From Macrostomum lignano (Eukaryota), in assembly GCA_002269645.1 (NCBI GenBank), contig NIVC01001811.1, positions 434,001 to 498,000 of the forward strand: a stretch of DNA of 64,000 nucleotides, given 5' to 3'. The position numbers and the translations under genes were made by a program. The notes beneath the pieces were generated by a model. It ran no database searches, had not been told where the DNA came from, and worked only from the letters and a program-made list of their open reading frames with translations. Below are positions 1 to 27,956 of the stretch, one piece after another. The stretch's first letter is position 1. The number at the start of each line of letters is the position of its first letter.

Positions 1-517
1 TCAGCCCATCTGTGTGCGTTAAGTTCTCCTCTATTGGTCTGACTGAGACCCTATTAAAACAAACCCCAAGTCTACGAGAGGCTAACTCAGCCCTCCCTGT
101 ACCAACCAAGCCCGGCAGGTGCTGCTGACGAGACGCCTTGTACGTTGAACTGCAAATCTGCACCCGGTGCTGAGTTCGTTGACTTCGTTATTTCGTTCCA
201 ACGGGAAGCTCACCTCATCGAAGGCCGAGACCTGAAGGAACTGGTGGCAGCACTACCTACGCTACTAAGAGTTAAGAAGGCTCCTGAGTGAGAAGACGGA
301 GAGCCCAAGTCACTGTGCTAGACAGCCGGAGAAGCACAGGTACAACACTTAATTAACTCTCACTGCTTATCATAGGCATCGTTTATTTTAATTTTCGATT
401 TTGGAGAAAAGATTTTATAATATCGGAAAACCAAACTTATCTTCAAGCGAATCAAACGAAATTTTATGAACTTATTCCTTCAGATATTGGCACCTTTCAC
501 ACAAATTTTCAGCCAGT

Positions 518-1714
518 TTGGCCAAAATGTTGCGACGCAGTGGCCGAAGAAGTGATGAAACCCCCGCTCCAGTGCTGCGCCTGACTGAGCGCGACAGGCG
601 AGTCGCAATTCTGGTCCAATTCCGGCTTGGCCTGTCTGCCTCCGAATGCTTGCAGACGCTTCAAAAGGCCCTTGAGAGTGAAGCCCCATCCCAGACGATG
701 GTGTAGAAGTGGTTTGGTCGATTCCGCTCCGGCTGTCTGGAGCTGGACGATGATGAACGTGAAGGCCGTCCAAATTCGTCCATCTCGGACACGACTGTGG
801 CCAGTGTCCGAAAGCTGCTCGATGCAGACCGCCGAGTGACGATTCGGGAAATCGAAAAACATGTCGGGATTTCGGATTCAAGCGTCATTACTATCTTGCA
901 CGATCACCTCGGCATGAGGAAGGGGTCAGCTCGCTGGGTCCCTCATCAACTGAAGCCGGCTCAGATGCAGGCCCGCGTGGATTTTGCGAACTTCATGCTC
1001 GACAAGTTCGACGCAGGCGCCTCAAATTTGGTGGACGGCATCCTCACAGGTGATGAAACGTGGGTGTACTTTTATGATCCCGAGACAAAAGTACAGAGCA
1101 AGCAGTGGGTCGCCTTTGAGGAGGATTCGCCCTTGAAATTTCGTCGCGAGCGAAGCGTCGGCAAAGTGAGGGCTGCGGTGTTTTTCCGTCGGTGCGGAAT
1201 TCTGCCGCCCGTTCTGCTCGAGGAGGGAGCCACAGCGACTGGCAGCTGGTACTCCAGTGTCTGCCTGCCGCAGGTGCTGGAATTCCTGCGTCGAGAGCGG
1301 CCAAAGACCAGAGATCGCGGCATTTTCCTGCACCACGATCCAACGCGCCCGCTCACAGAGCCAGTGTCACGCAGCAGTTCTTGGCATCAACTGAGCTGAC
1401 TCTGCTGCCGCATCCGGCCTACTCGCCCGACCTCGACTTCTTTCTCTTTCCGAAGATCAAGAAAAATCTGAAGGGGAAGCGCTTCGACACTCGTGAGGAG
1501 CTGGAACAGGCGTTGAATGTGGAGCTGGAAGCTGTCACAAAGGCGGAATTGAGGGACTGCTTTGCGGCGTGGTTTCATCGGATGAAGAAATGCATTGATC
1601 TGGCTGGGGACTATGTTGAGAAGTGCCATTAGGTTGGGCTAAGTGTGTGTAAATTTCACGACTGTGCGATAACTATAAGTATGTTTTTCCGCGAACTTAT
1701 TAAGCAGCCTGGTA
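518..1714 (+). mobile_element. Mariner (Tc1/mariner) element, degenerate transposase
   Basis: ORFs 518-706 and 797-1399 are in one frame, split by TAG at 704-706. A frameshift near 1338 leads into the 1192-1632 frame. Motifs: WVPHQL, GDETW, HHD/NAPAH, YSPDL-DFFLF (3 codons short of D,D34D spacing). Mariner-like right end AACTTATTAAGCAGCCTGG+TA at 1694-1714; matching left TIR not found. Confidence 0.9.
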
Positions 1715-2932
1715 TGTGCAGCCTATTTAATTTTTATAGTAGCTGTACAAATTATTTTTACTAAAAATTTGTCTTACTTGACTTCAATAGTCCCAGTTGC
1801 AATTTTTGTTTTTGTTTTCTTTTTAGTTTTTTCACATTGTATTTATTCTATTTTTGTTTCCTTTTACTTTTGTGGCAGCAGGATTGCTACTAGTGAAAGC
1901 TTTTTTTCCATGTTCAAACTAGCATTAATTTTGTGAGCATTGATTGCTTTGATTCACTTCTTTCCCTATCTTTTGTAACTTTCTGCTGCGCCTATTAATG
2001 CTACTAAAACAACCTTCCTACTCGTATTTTATGATTAACTGATTAGCTTTCAAGTTTCAAATAGCTGAGTTAATTCTTTTACCATATGCTTACTTTTAGT
2101 AGTGTTATACGTACATTTTTTTATTATTATTTATTACCTTTTAGCTTGCAAATTGCTTAGATGACCTCTGTATTTTGCTAAAAAGGTGAAAAAGCAAAGA
2201 CAGTGCATTTTGAGGTCTGCTTTGGAAATTAGTGCAAGATTTCTGTATTTTCTGTGTTGACTTTATTTATCAATAATTCTTCCTTCCCAAACTGTCTCTA
2301 TCTCACTTTTTTTCTTTTTTTTTACTTTGGCTTTGCTCTTTTGATATAATCTATGATTTTTGCTCATTTTGCTAAATATGTAGGTCATGAAAGAACATGC
2401 CAAAAAGTTTTGATAATTCCCTTAAATATATGCCTATAGTCTAGATATAGTTTCCTACAGATTTTCCAATCCTTATAGGAATTTGGATGCTTAAATAATA
2501 AATTTACATCTAAATAAAGTATATATTGCAAACAAGCTCTACAAAATACATGTTGTCAATAGTAATGAAAGTGATGAACAAGTAAACCCTTAAAAAGAAT
2601 GTTAAATATGTTCTAGCATTATAGAATGTAATATAATAAGTTACTTAAAGTTAATAAATACATTAAATATTAGAGATTTTTCTATCTTTTTATTAGAGTT
2701 ATTTTATTTGTAATTCAATTTAGCATTTTAACAAATTATTTTATTAAAACTAAGGCTATACGTGAATAATTTTTGCTTATATATATGTTTCTAACTTTTT
2801 GAAACTCAAATAAATTTATTTTACAGCTTTATTGATTTCAAATGGACAAAAAATGAATTTTCAAAAAACTTGCCCTTGATTTTTGGATTTTGCCTAATAG
2901 TATACTTATAAGTTTTTAATATGCCAAAAATA

Positions 2933-3386
2933 CCATAGTCTGGATCATGGCAGGGTGTACACCAAACTAAAACTTGATGGATCCACAGTTTGTACGCCAA
3001 TGTACATCAATTTTTTGGCTTCCCTAACTATGCCACTTTTACAGGTACAAATTTCCTACTTCAAAACTATTCAATGAAAAGTTGAATAGTTTCCAACTCC
3101 AAGATACCAATAGTACACTATATAGGCCCCTACTATATTTTGTTAAAGTGAATGTATTTCTAACATAAATTCCATTTTTTTAATTATCGTGCAAAATTCC
3201 TAAAAAATTGCTACCAATGTTTATGTACATTACATTGTAAGTTGCAACAGCAACAACATGTATGCCACTCATGCCAATAGGTAGGACCCAATTTTTTGGT
3301 TGTACGCCAATGTATGCCAATAGGGTTAGCAAGGGGTGACTGTAGGCCAAATTAATTTGGCATACAGGCCATGATCCGGACTATGG
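2933..3386. mobile_element. 454-bp non-autonomous TIR element (MITE) with 8-bp target-site duplication
   Basis: Inverted ends CCATAGTC(T/C)GGATCATGGC at 2933 and ending 3386. Identical CAAAAATA flanks at 2925-2932 and 3387-3394. No coding capacity. Confidence 0.85.
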
Positions 3387-6300
3387 CAAAAATACTTATG
3401 TATGAATCAACCAAATAATCAGGTTAGCCATTTCACATGTACTGTTATGCTCTACTTTCAACCAATATATATTGGAATAATATTATCTAAAATATTGAAG
3501 ACTCACAAAGCAAGAGCGAAGAGCTCATAGGTACAGGCCTAGCTATCTATATTATATGGCCATGGGATAGATAGGCCCATTAAATTTTTAAATCTTGAAG
3601 TCAAAAAGCATGCACATTTTGAAAATATTTTAGCAAGTAAAATATGTAACAAAATTGATTCTGACTTTTCCTAAATTGAGTTTTGACATTGACATTGAAA
3701 TTTATAAATCAGAAATGAGCCTACAGTACAGATTACAATGCCTTGTCTACTGCCTACTCTAGGCCTATTCTATCATTAAAATATATAGAAAATCACGAAT
3801 CATTATATCCAATATCCATATTCATACACCAATTAGCTAGCGATAAGTGTGAGTTAGTGCGTTAAAAATAGTCAACCGAATTAAAATTTTTAGATAATTT
3901 CTACCTTCTTGGCTGGCTTCACGATTCTATGAATATATGCTAATCGTTATACGAACGTTAGGTTAGCAGGAGCAGCCCATGAACACTGCGACTGCTGGCG
4001 CTGGCGCAACAGTCTGTACATATGAATACGAGTACACGTGTATGAAGCTTATCTGACTTTGATCTTTTAGACTCATATCTAATTGGACCAACATAACCTC
4101 AGGCCTCTCTTCCTGAGACCTCGTCTATCTATCTAACAACACAAGGCTTGACCCTCGAGCCTGGACCAATTGAAAAGTATAATCTTTAATTTTGCTTCAA
4201 AAATAGCATATGAAACAAATAAAATCGCACTACTTTATCAGTTAATAATAATTTATTCACAAAAAAATAGTTCCTAACTTAAAATATTTTAAAACTGAAT
4301 TTAACATTGAGATGAAATCTGTAAATTTAATTTTTTTGTTATAGCTTATAAAAATCCGGTATAGGTTGATAATGTACGCAATTCACAATTCAAAAACAAT
4401 TTACTCGTTTTTTCGTATCCCCGTTAATCCTAATATCCTCATAGATTATCTCGAAGGTCAGTCTTCGAGTCTTTTTCAGCTCTCTTTCGTCTGCATTGGC
4501 TCACATATTATGTAGATCCACCAAAAAATTAACCTACATGTATAGTTGCTGCACTCCTCCGGGTTGGTCGTCGGTCTCGAGTGTGCTCGCTCCTCCTCCG
4601 CACCTCCCCCCCCCCCCGCGGATTCCGGCCCGGCCACGTGCTGAGCTCATTAATATTTCTAGCTCCGGATTGAATGGCCTCTCGCCTGCCGAATTGATGG
4701 TATATAGCTACTATATAATACTGTAGTTTTGTCAACACTTAAGTTGCTTTTTACAGTGGGCTTCCGTTGTTTCATTTATTCGCTCTATATTTCTTCAATT
4801 GTGCCACTTTTTATATTTGAGCCGGCCTCTTCTAACATTGTGTGTTAATTTTGCTTGGCTTGGCTACATGTAATTTTGCTTCGTGGCCCTTTCGTATGAC
4901 TTTTTAATTATACGGATATACGGATATATGCATGAATTTAGAGTTACTTAAAGCGGCTTGTTTTAGCGGGGGCAATGTTTCTAAGAGCTGACAGAAACTT
5001 GCACAGGTAAAAACATTGATAAGTTCATCAGCTAAGGTTTGTTGAGTTTTGTTTGAACTGCGAGATACATGTCGTAGTTGTTAGGTCAATCCTATTTTTC
5101 ATCCTTTTATTCTGTATTATTTTCGTACGAAGTTACATGTATATTGTAGGGAGCTGACAGAATTCCAGATGCAGTTCTCTGAAGAAAAACTTGTAACAAA
5201 ACGTGTGGCTAGCGTTTGAAAAAAGTGATAGAATTGCCTTCTAAAATTTCGCTGTCGGTTTCAATATTGATATTTGATTATATGGACCTGAAATATGAGC
5301 GTATGCATGCGGTTTTCAGCTTTCAGTTTGTATAGTGTTAGAGAATCAGTGCCGCACCCGAACAAAACCAGACTACTCATCATCACCGAGATTAAAGAAA
5401 ATCTTTAAATCCTGAACTCTCAGCTCTTAGGTAGGAAATCAAAATGACACATTGCGAGCCAATTCAGACAGAACTGTCTCGGGTTGAAGTCATTCCTGAG
5501 GCCGTTTTCTATGCGCTTAAGCCTTGACACATTTGATGCAAAAAATTATCCTGGGTGATGGCATGGACTCGGCTTGTATTCTTAAATTAGGCATGCTCTG
5601 TCCAATAGGCCAGCGCGTGCACAAACTGCAAACGATAGCACAGCTTTTACAAAAAATAGCTTTTTTGTTAGTTAAGGTCATTTGTCAATTAGTTAAACAG
5701 AAACTCACGCACGCAGTAGCAGATAACAAATTTAGTTTATCGCGCATTTGTTATGGTAGTTTAGTTTGCGAGTAGCCAACGAACGTCCCAGGTAAAGAAA
5801 AAAGAAGGAGATATATCCCACTAGGCATCAATCTCACTATATTTAATAATAGCTCAGCTGCATGTTTAGGTCAAGTGCGAATGTACGGCAGGATGAGGTG
5901 CGAGGTGGGGTGATCAATGTCAGAGGGGGTGGGCAGACTGGGAGGGTTGGGGTAATGGCGCCAGAGAAAAAGGGCCGATAGCACAATACCCCTCCCAAAG
6001 TCATAAAAACAAAGACTGAATGAAATCGACAAAAATGCATTTAATGGAGTTCGTAATACGAAAATAAGAGAAAAGGATGCGGTTACTGAAAACGCAAGAA
6101 CAAGGATGAAGAGCGCTACGCAAAAAAATAGCAAAAATGTTCTTATTGAACGACACAAACTTGTTATAAAAGTAAACTAAAAATAAATATTTTGTAGTTC
6201 AGGTCTTCCGGGCTGCGCCAGACTCCCGCTTGACACCACACCGGCACTCTTGGAACCCGAAGTCACACTCACTGACGCTGAAAAAATGATGTCGCTTTCG

Positions 6301-7459
6301 ACATCATCGCTGTGGTCATCGATCAGCCTCCTGCCGGTCTCCGATGCTCGACACCTTGTCCTTTGTGTCCTTTCAGCCTGGCCCTCCTCACAACTCCCGA
6401 GGAACGAGTGAAAAGTTTGCTTTAGCACACCTGAGAGAGTGAGAACACACGGATAACACTACTAGAAGCTGTACTCAGGGACTGGGTGATAGTTCAATGG
6501 CATTGTTGGGCACAACGATTGATCATTTACCGTGTTGGAAAGCTCATGAGTATTCTTCCATTCCATCTCAACTTTTTTAAACTTACAAACACATGCATGG
6601 CCATCAATTAATCATGATTGAGTTTCAGATCTAGCTCATATTAAACATGTTTTAATCCGTACATCAAATCAATGTACGGGTAGGTACCAGGAAATAGAGC
6701 ATGTTTTTATTCAAATGGTTTCTTAGAAAATCTGTATCATACTTCGCCTTATAAAGTAAAATTTTATGTTTCTTTTCATGTATGCGCTAGTACATTATAT
6801 TAATCGTACGCAACTTCTAAATTATGCAGTAAACAGCTACAGGCTACGATACCCACTGATGAAGAGAGTAATGTCTAATTAAAAATCGACCTCCACTTGA
6901 GGCTGAAACACTTGTACAGTGAGCTAGTTCAATTCTCGATACAATTAATTTATAACATTTCTCCAGAATAATTTAAGCGATCGGAGTCAAAAACAAATGC
7001 AGCCTAATTGCAGATGTAGCAGAATTTCTTACTTCATACTTACCAACTAGCTACTTTTACATGTATATACCTTCAACCCGGGAGTAAAAAGTCATTATAA
7101 ACCAAGGACTAAAGCTGAGAGCTATCCAATTACAACTATATAGGCGAAATAAACCCTATACTAGATTTTGTCATTGATTCCATATATAAGCTTGCTGCAC
7201 ATTCCATCGCATGTGGACGATAAGGTGTAATTATTAAGACTGCAGTATAAAGGTGCTAAGTGTGCCGATGTCAACACGTCAACTATTCGATTCCGAGAGC
7301 ACGTGCCTTGGAATTTACACGTCCTTCCGCCAATATCGTGACTGAGGTTCTTTTTGGTCCACATGGTACCAGCAGACGTCATGCAAGCTCGGCCTATAAT
7401 AAGCCTTAATAGCACGCAAGTCAAAAACAATTTCGGTACACATTGTTGGGGACATTAGC

Positions 7460-21211
<13,752 letters not shown>

Positions 21212-21239
21212 CTGACCTTATTAGGAATGAGAGGCCCGT

Positions 21240-22535
<1,296 letters not shown>

Positions 22536-22896
22536 TAATTCATGGAAAGAGACGCACATATTATACAGAATTATTATTTCTCTGCTTATGCAGAGCTTTT
22601 ACAAAGTTATATTATTACAAAGCAAATAATTTATAGTTAATTATTATCTTTTTTCACTTCTTAAGTAGTAGCAGTTTATTCACGTTGTCATTTAAGCAAC
22701 ATTTTTAGCTATTCCCATCCTATCTGTGGCCATCATTTTCTGTTTTTCAATTAACATTGCAATAAAATTCCAGTAGCTATTTGTACGCTGATTAAGTATC
22801 GAAATTTATATACTCGTAGCTATATAAGTATAAAAACTCTAAGGCTTTGCTTAATACTCACTGTAGCTACACCTTTTCGCGTTCAATTTTGATCAA

Positions 22897-24175
22897 AGTC
22901 CAGTTATAAAAAAACTAGCGGAAATTCAATTCAGACAATTCAGACTGGGGCAACGCTTACGGAAAATCAATAGAAGCAAACCCCAGTTTAAAACACTATG
23001 CCACTGAAGCAAGGTTTAGCCATAGACAAAATCATCCCCAGTCTGAATTGTCTGAATTGAATTTCCGCTACACCATTTTACCCTCGAATTTGAACAAGGA
23101 GAACTTCGAAACCGACAAACTACTCTTCAATATTGACACTCTATGGTCGGGAACTCAAAATCTACAATCGATATTGACAGATCAAGCTTCAATTTTGACC
23201 AACTCTTAGGGCATAAATTTCGTATGCCGTGGTCCTCCTGATCCTCTTTATCCCCAACTGATTCGCCAGGTGCACAAAGTCGTCTCGGTTCTCATGAGCA
23301 GAAATCAGGCGCTGTCGGTCCTGGAAGGACACAGACCGATTTTTCGGCGGCCAGCTAGGCTGTTTCTGCTCCTCTTAAAAAACCTTCTGTGGCGATTAGC
23401 GATTAAAAGTCACAAACACGAGCAGAGCAAGAGCTGCTGTTTTCATGCTCTTTTGAATTCCTCCGTGACAAGATGTGCATTCGTTGGTCTGACCAACCAT
23501 CTATGATAAAAACTGAAGCAGTAGCCAATTAGATTCGAGGCGCAGGCTGCCTCAAGACATGGACAAAAAATAAACTGCCTTAGACAAATGACTGCCTCGA
23601 AATTTCCAAGCTTAACGATTCTTTGTCAAAATTGTCAAAATCTTAGTCAAAAAGTCTTAGTCAAAATTGATTGTAAACTGTTCAATATTGATTAGGAGTT
23701 GTCAAAAATGAAGCGGACTTTTTGGGTACACAAACCATAGAGTGTCAGTTTTGAAGCAACTCTGTCAAAATAGAATCGGACTTTGCGGCCCAACCAGTCA
23801 GGCTATTTTAGTCTGTGTATGTAAAAAGATGGAGAAAATTTTTTTATTAATACTTGTAGATCCCGAAAGAAAGGTCAGAATGAGCTGATTTTGCACAGAT
23901 AACTTCAGCCCCGTTCAGGTTTTCATTGGATTACTTTGTTACCGAATTCTCCAAAGACAAGTTGACTAAACGTGCATTGTCAAAATTTGATTAGTTGGTC
24001 AAAATTGAAGCTTGATCTGTCAATATTGATTGTAGATTTTGAGTGCCTGACCATAGAGTGTCAATATTGAGGAGGAGTTTGTCGGTTTCGAAGTTCTCCT
24101 TGTTCAAAATCGAGGTTAATACTCGTATTGACCAACTACACCAACTAAAATGGTGTAGTTTTTGAGAACTGGACT
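22897..24175. mobile_element. Three nested non-autonomous inverted-repeat elements
   Basis: Inner 1: 22918-23068 with 33-bp perfect TIRs (GCGGAAATTCAATTCAGACAATTCAGACTGGGG) between TA dinucleotides. Inner 2: 23081-24116 with about 120-bp TIRs (CCCTCGAATTTGAACAAGGAG...) between TA dinucleotides. Removing both restores an outer hairpin, AGTCCAGTT..AAAAACTACACCATTTTA / TAAAATGGTGTAGTTTTT..AACTGGACT. Confidence 0.8.
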
Positions 24176-24841
24176 GGACTAGGTGTACTAGAATTAATAT
24201 AGTAAAGCGAATTTATAAATTGTCTATGGTCGCACTTGATTTCGCAAGCTTGTACAGAAGAGTTGTCTATGGCCGCAACTGCAGTCATCAGCTAGTATAT
24301 CTAGTTTCTGAAAAAACGAAAGGACTCCCGTCCGCTAGAGTTTTGGATTAGCCTACGCTCGTATTTTTCATGTTTTAAAGTTGAAATAAATATTTGCTCC
24401 TGAACGCATACAATTATGTTCTTTGCACTTTCTATTTAGTTTGTTACTTATTCTGACATCGAATTAGTAAATTATGTTATAGCTAGTAATTACTTTTAAA
24501 TAGTTTTCACTTTTGTAAGAAGTTATTATTGAGATGCTAATGCAAAATATATGGAATCGACTTTCGTGTATAAGTTAGATGAAGATAAGTTTATTAGAAT
24601 TAAACATAAGCTTATTTGTAGCTATATATTTATTTAGTCAGCCGGCTACCCATAGAAAGCCCTAATATACCTGCTATATGCTACAGCAACAAAAATATTT
24701 TTTTACTAAATTGGAGCAAAATTTCAATTAGATTGCCCAGAAACTTCCTTTTTTAATGATAATTTTTAATGATGCTAGCCACCGGCATCGGATTAAAATT
24801 AAAATTAACTATACAATATACTTGGATAGAATTCTATCTAA

Positions 24842-25627
24842 CATAAACCTACGGTGATTACTGCTAGTAGATAGATCCATATCTACCATAGACCTTCGGT
24901 GATAGATGCTGGTAGATAGATCCATGTCTACCATATACTTCATAGACCTTCGGTGAGATGCTGCTAGATAGATCCATATCTACCATATACTTCATAGACC
25001 TTCGGTGATAGATGCTGGTAGATAGATCCATATCTACCATATACTTCATAGACCTTCGGTGATAGATGCTGGTAGATAGATCCATATCTACCGTAAACCT
25101 TCGATGATAGATGCTGGTAGATAGATCCATATCTACCGTAAACCTTCGGTGATAGATGCTGGTAGAAAGATCCATATCTACCGTAAACCTTCGGTGATAG
25201 ATGCTGGTAGATAGATCCATATTTACCGTAAACCTTCGATGATAGATGCTGGTAGATAGATTCATATTTACCGTAAACCTTCGATGATAGATGCTGGTAG
25301 ATAGATCCATATCTACCATATACTTCATAGACCTTCGGTGATAGATGCTGGTAGATAGATCCATATCTACCGTAAACCTTCGGTGATAGATGCTGGTAGA
25401 TAGATCCATATCTACCGTAAACCTTCGATGATAGATGCTGGTAGAAAGATCCATATCTACCGTAAACCTTCGGTGATAGATGCTGGTAGATAGATCCATA
25501 TTTACCGTAAACCTTCGATGATAGATGCTGGTAGATAGATCCATATTTACCGTAAACCTTCGATGATAGATGCTGGTAGATAGATCCATCTCTACCATAA
25601 AGCCATATGATAGATTCTGGTAGATAA
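24842..25627. repeat. 45/54-bp minisatellite (GATAGATCCATATCTACCGTAAACCTTCGGTGATAGATGCTGGTA)
   Basis: Tandem 45-bp units with 54-bp variants; explains ORF 24864-25667. Confidence 0.95.
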
Positions 25628-26163
25628 GGCTGTTGTTATCTAACGAAAACAACAAAAACAGATCCATTTTTAGTCAGTCGACGAAATGTCAGTCAATCAA
25701 CAAATAGTTAAAGAAAGATGAACAGTTTTACGCCATCTTTCTCCATTACAACTGTTGGTTGTTTACTCTCATTCGAAGTTGGTTGTTCAATTCTGCCATT
25801 CTCCAATTCGATCCCAATCTTCTTGGTAACGAAGCAGGATGTAGAAACCCCAAATGGTAGACTCGATGTACTTGCGATTTACAATTGTTGATCAGTCTCT
25901 CGGTGCATGCCATCGGAGATTATGTTGCTAAGCGAACGAAACTCTGTCCAAGAGTAAGAGCCTTAGTGTAGCGCTGCACCGACACAGGCTTCTTATGTCC
26001 AGTGACGACCTTCTTTTATTTTCTTAACTGTGACAAAATTATTCTTGATGAAAATTTGTCTATAGTCAGAATGTAGATTGCTGGCTTCCACACCCCCCAG
26101 CAGGGACTCCGTCCCCGCACCCCCGCTTGATGAGAATTTGTCTGGTCTATGGTAAAAAGCCCA

Positions 26164-26560
26164 CTAACAATATACAATCGTGTTAGTATGGACATCCGGG
26201 TTGTTAGGGTCCACGAAGTGCAGCCGGTGGTTTACCGTCAAATTGTTGGGCAGTTGGTTGTACGCCTGCCACTGGTCTGTGATGATGCGCGTCCCGGGCA
26301 GCACGTACCACTGCGCAAGGCGCAGGATGTTGGCCGCCTGCGATCCGGTATGGCCACCAACATGCAGCGTTAGAACCCCGTTCAAACATTCCTAGAACCC
26401 ACTGGCCTGGCCAATACTGGCCTTGGTGGTACTTGCGGCGGAAGAAGTAGCTTTCATCGATTTCAGCGTCGACACCAGGCCCTCCAAGCTGCAGTGGATG
26501 GTCCTGCAGGTACTGGCCCCAGATGTCCCGGATGAAGTTTTGCCAATCCACGATGGTCTG
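26164..26560 (-). pseudogene. Merlin / IS1016(IS1595)-family DDE transposase fragment
   Basis: VDWQNFIRD...EIDESYFFRRKYHQG...WVLGMFERG, then via frameshifts RCMLVAIPDR and YVLPGTRIITDQWQAYNQL...TVNHRLHFVDP...HTNTI; truncated before the final catalytic Glu. Confidence 0.85.
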
Positions 26561-26626
26561 GATGGCAATATTTCCGCACTGTTGCCGGGCGTCCTTCTGC
26601 TTGGCCTAAACTAGAGGACTGCCGGA

Positions 26627-26819
26627 GATAGATCCGTATCTACCATAAACCTACGGTGAAAGACGCTGATATATAGATTCATATCTACCATAGACCTTCG
26701 GTGATAGATGCTGGTAGATAGATCCGTATCTACCATAGACCTTCGATGATAGATGCTGGTAGATAGATCCGTATCTACCATAGACCTTCGGTGATAGATG
26801 CTGGTAGATAGATCCATAT
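26627..26819. repeat. Second array of the 45-bp minisatellite, same orientation as 24842-25627
   Basis: About 4 units of GATAGATCC[G/A]TATCTACCATAGACCTTCG... Confidence 0.93.
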
Positions 26820-27956
26820 TTTGAGTTAAAGCGCGGCCTGCATCTGCAAAGTTTAAAGTGTTGAGCCAGGACCGACGCCATTGTGATTGATGACTTAAGC
26901 GAAACAAAGGATTCGAAGCGCGCAATGAAGCTGGGAACAAGCCCCCAATCCAGATTTGTTTTATACAGCCAAAACTGTATAAAACCGTCAGCTGCAGTTA
27001 CTTATAATTGCAGAACTACTTCAGCACATAGACAGAGTTATGAAAATATACAAACGCAAACAGAAAAAATAGCATAGCCGATCAATTTCAGGGTCCGACG
27101 GCGATTTCATTGCGACACAAGGGCTTCAAGGGTTTCAAGTTGGAAATTCTTGCAGTCTCCCATTTCCCCGCATGCAATAATAAACTTTATTATTTATGGA
27201 ACTATATATGCTTTGGGTTTTGCACGAGACTGTTGATAACGAAATTTTATGTCGATTCTAATGCTTTTTTCTTCAAACACAAGGGAAAAGATTTTGACCA
27301 TGTGCAAGAAAGCCCCAGCATGATTAGCCCCCAAAAGTGGAACATTCCATTTTGGAAAATCTTTGCCAGTAAAAAGCTTCGCCTCATGGCGTGCACTAGC
27401 TATATGTTTCGGGTTGTGTGTGTCCGGGAAACTATTAAAGATGCAGCATGATTAGCCCCAAAAGTGGAATATTCCATTTTTCGCAAAAAATTACTCTGAA
27501 ATGTCCTCATACTGCTGTTGATGCTTCCGAATGCGCAAAACGCTGTGGGGCTGCGCATCCACGTCATAAAAGTCAACGTTGCAAATTTCTAAATAAGATG
27601 GGAAGACTGTGCATTACCAATTGTCTAATAATGCACTTACCAGGCATTAAATTTTTGAACCAGGCGCTAACTTATTCGTTTTATTTGGGCAGACTCATCT
27701 CGAAAACAGTAGCATAGTTTCTGCCGATCTTTGGCTATGCTGTTTAGTTAAATCCATTGGACAAAGAGACCCAACCTCTTGGCACAGAAACTTTTCTTGG
27801 CGGTACTGCATCAGATGGAGCAGGGTGCTGACAAGCCTGCATCTGATTGCACTGCATCTCCGCAGTCAGGAGTTTTGCCACCCAGCAAGCAAAAATGTGG
27901 GGGGGCTCAACAGCAAAAATGTTGTGTTCGGCAACAAATTAAGGAGTCACACAACC

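Noticed and set aside
110-291. Stop-free, protein-like frame ending ...LLRVKKAPE-stop at the window start
   Set aside because: No start or family motif visible; may be the tail of an upstream gene or element.
6740-7153. Mariner-like MITE with TACTTCGCC / GGCGAAATA ends
   Set aside because: Ends are too degenerate to distinguish from chance.
24784-26879. Merlin TIRs (GGCATCGG / CCGACGCC) enclosing the arrays
   Set aside because: Only 7 of 8 bases match and no 8-9-bp TSD is present.
27068-27745. Non-autonomous element with AGCATAGCC...GGCTATGCT ends and an internal about 35-bp direct repeat
   Set aside because: Inverted match is short and no TSD was found; may be real but is unsupported.
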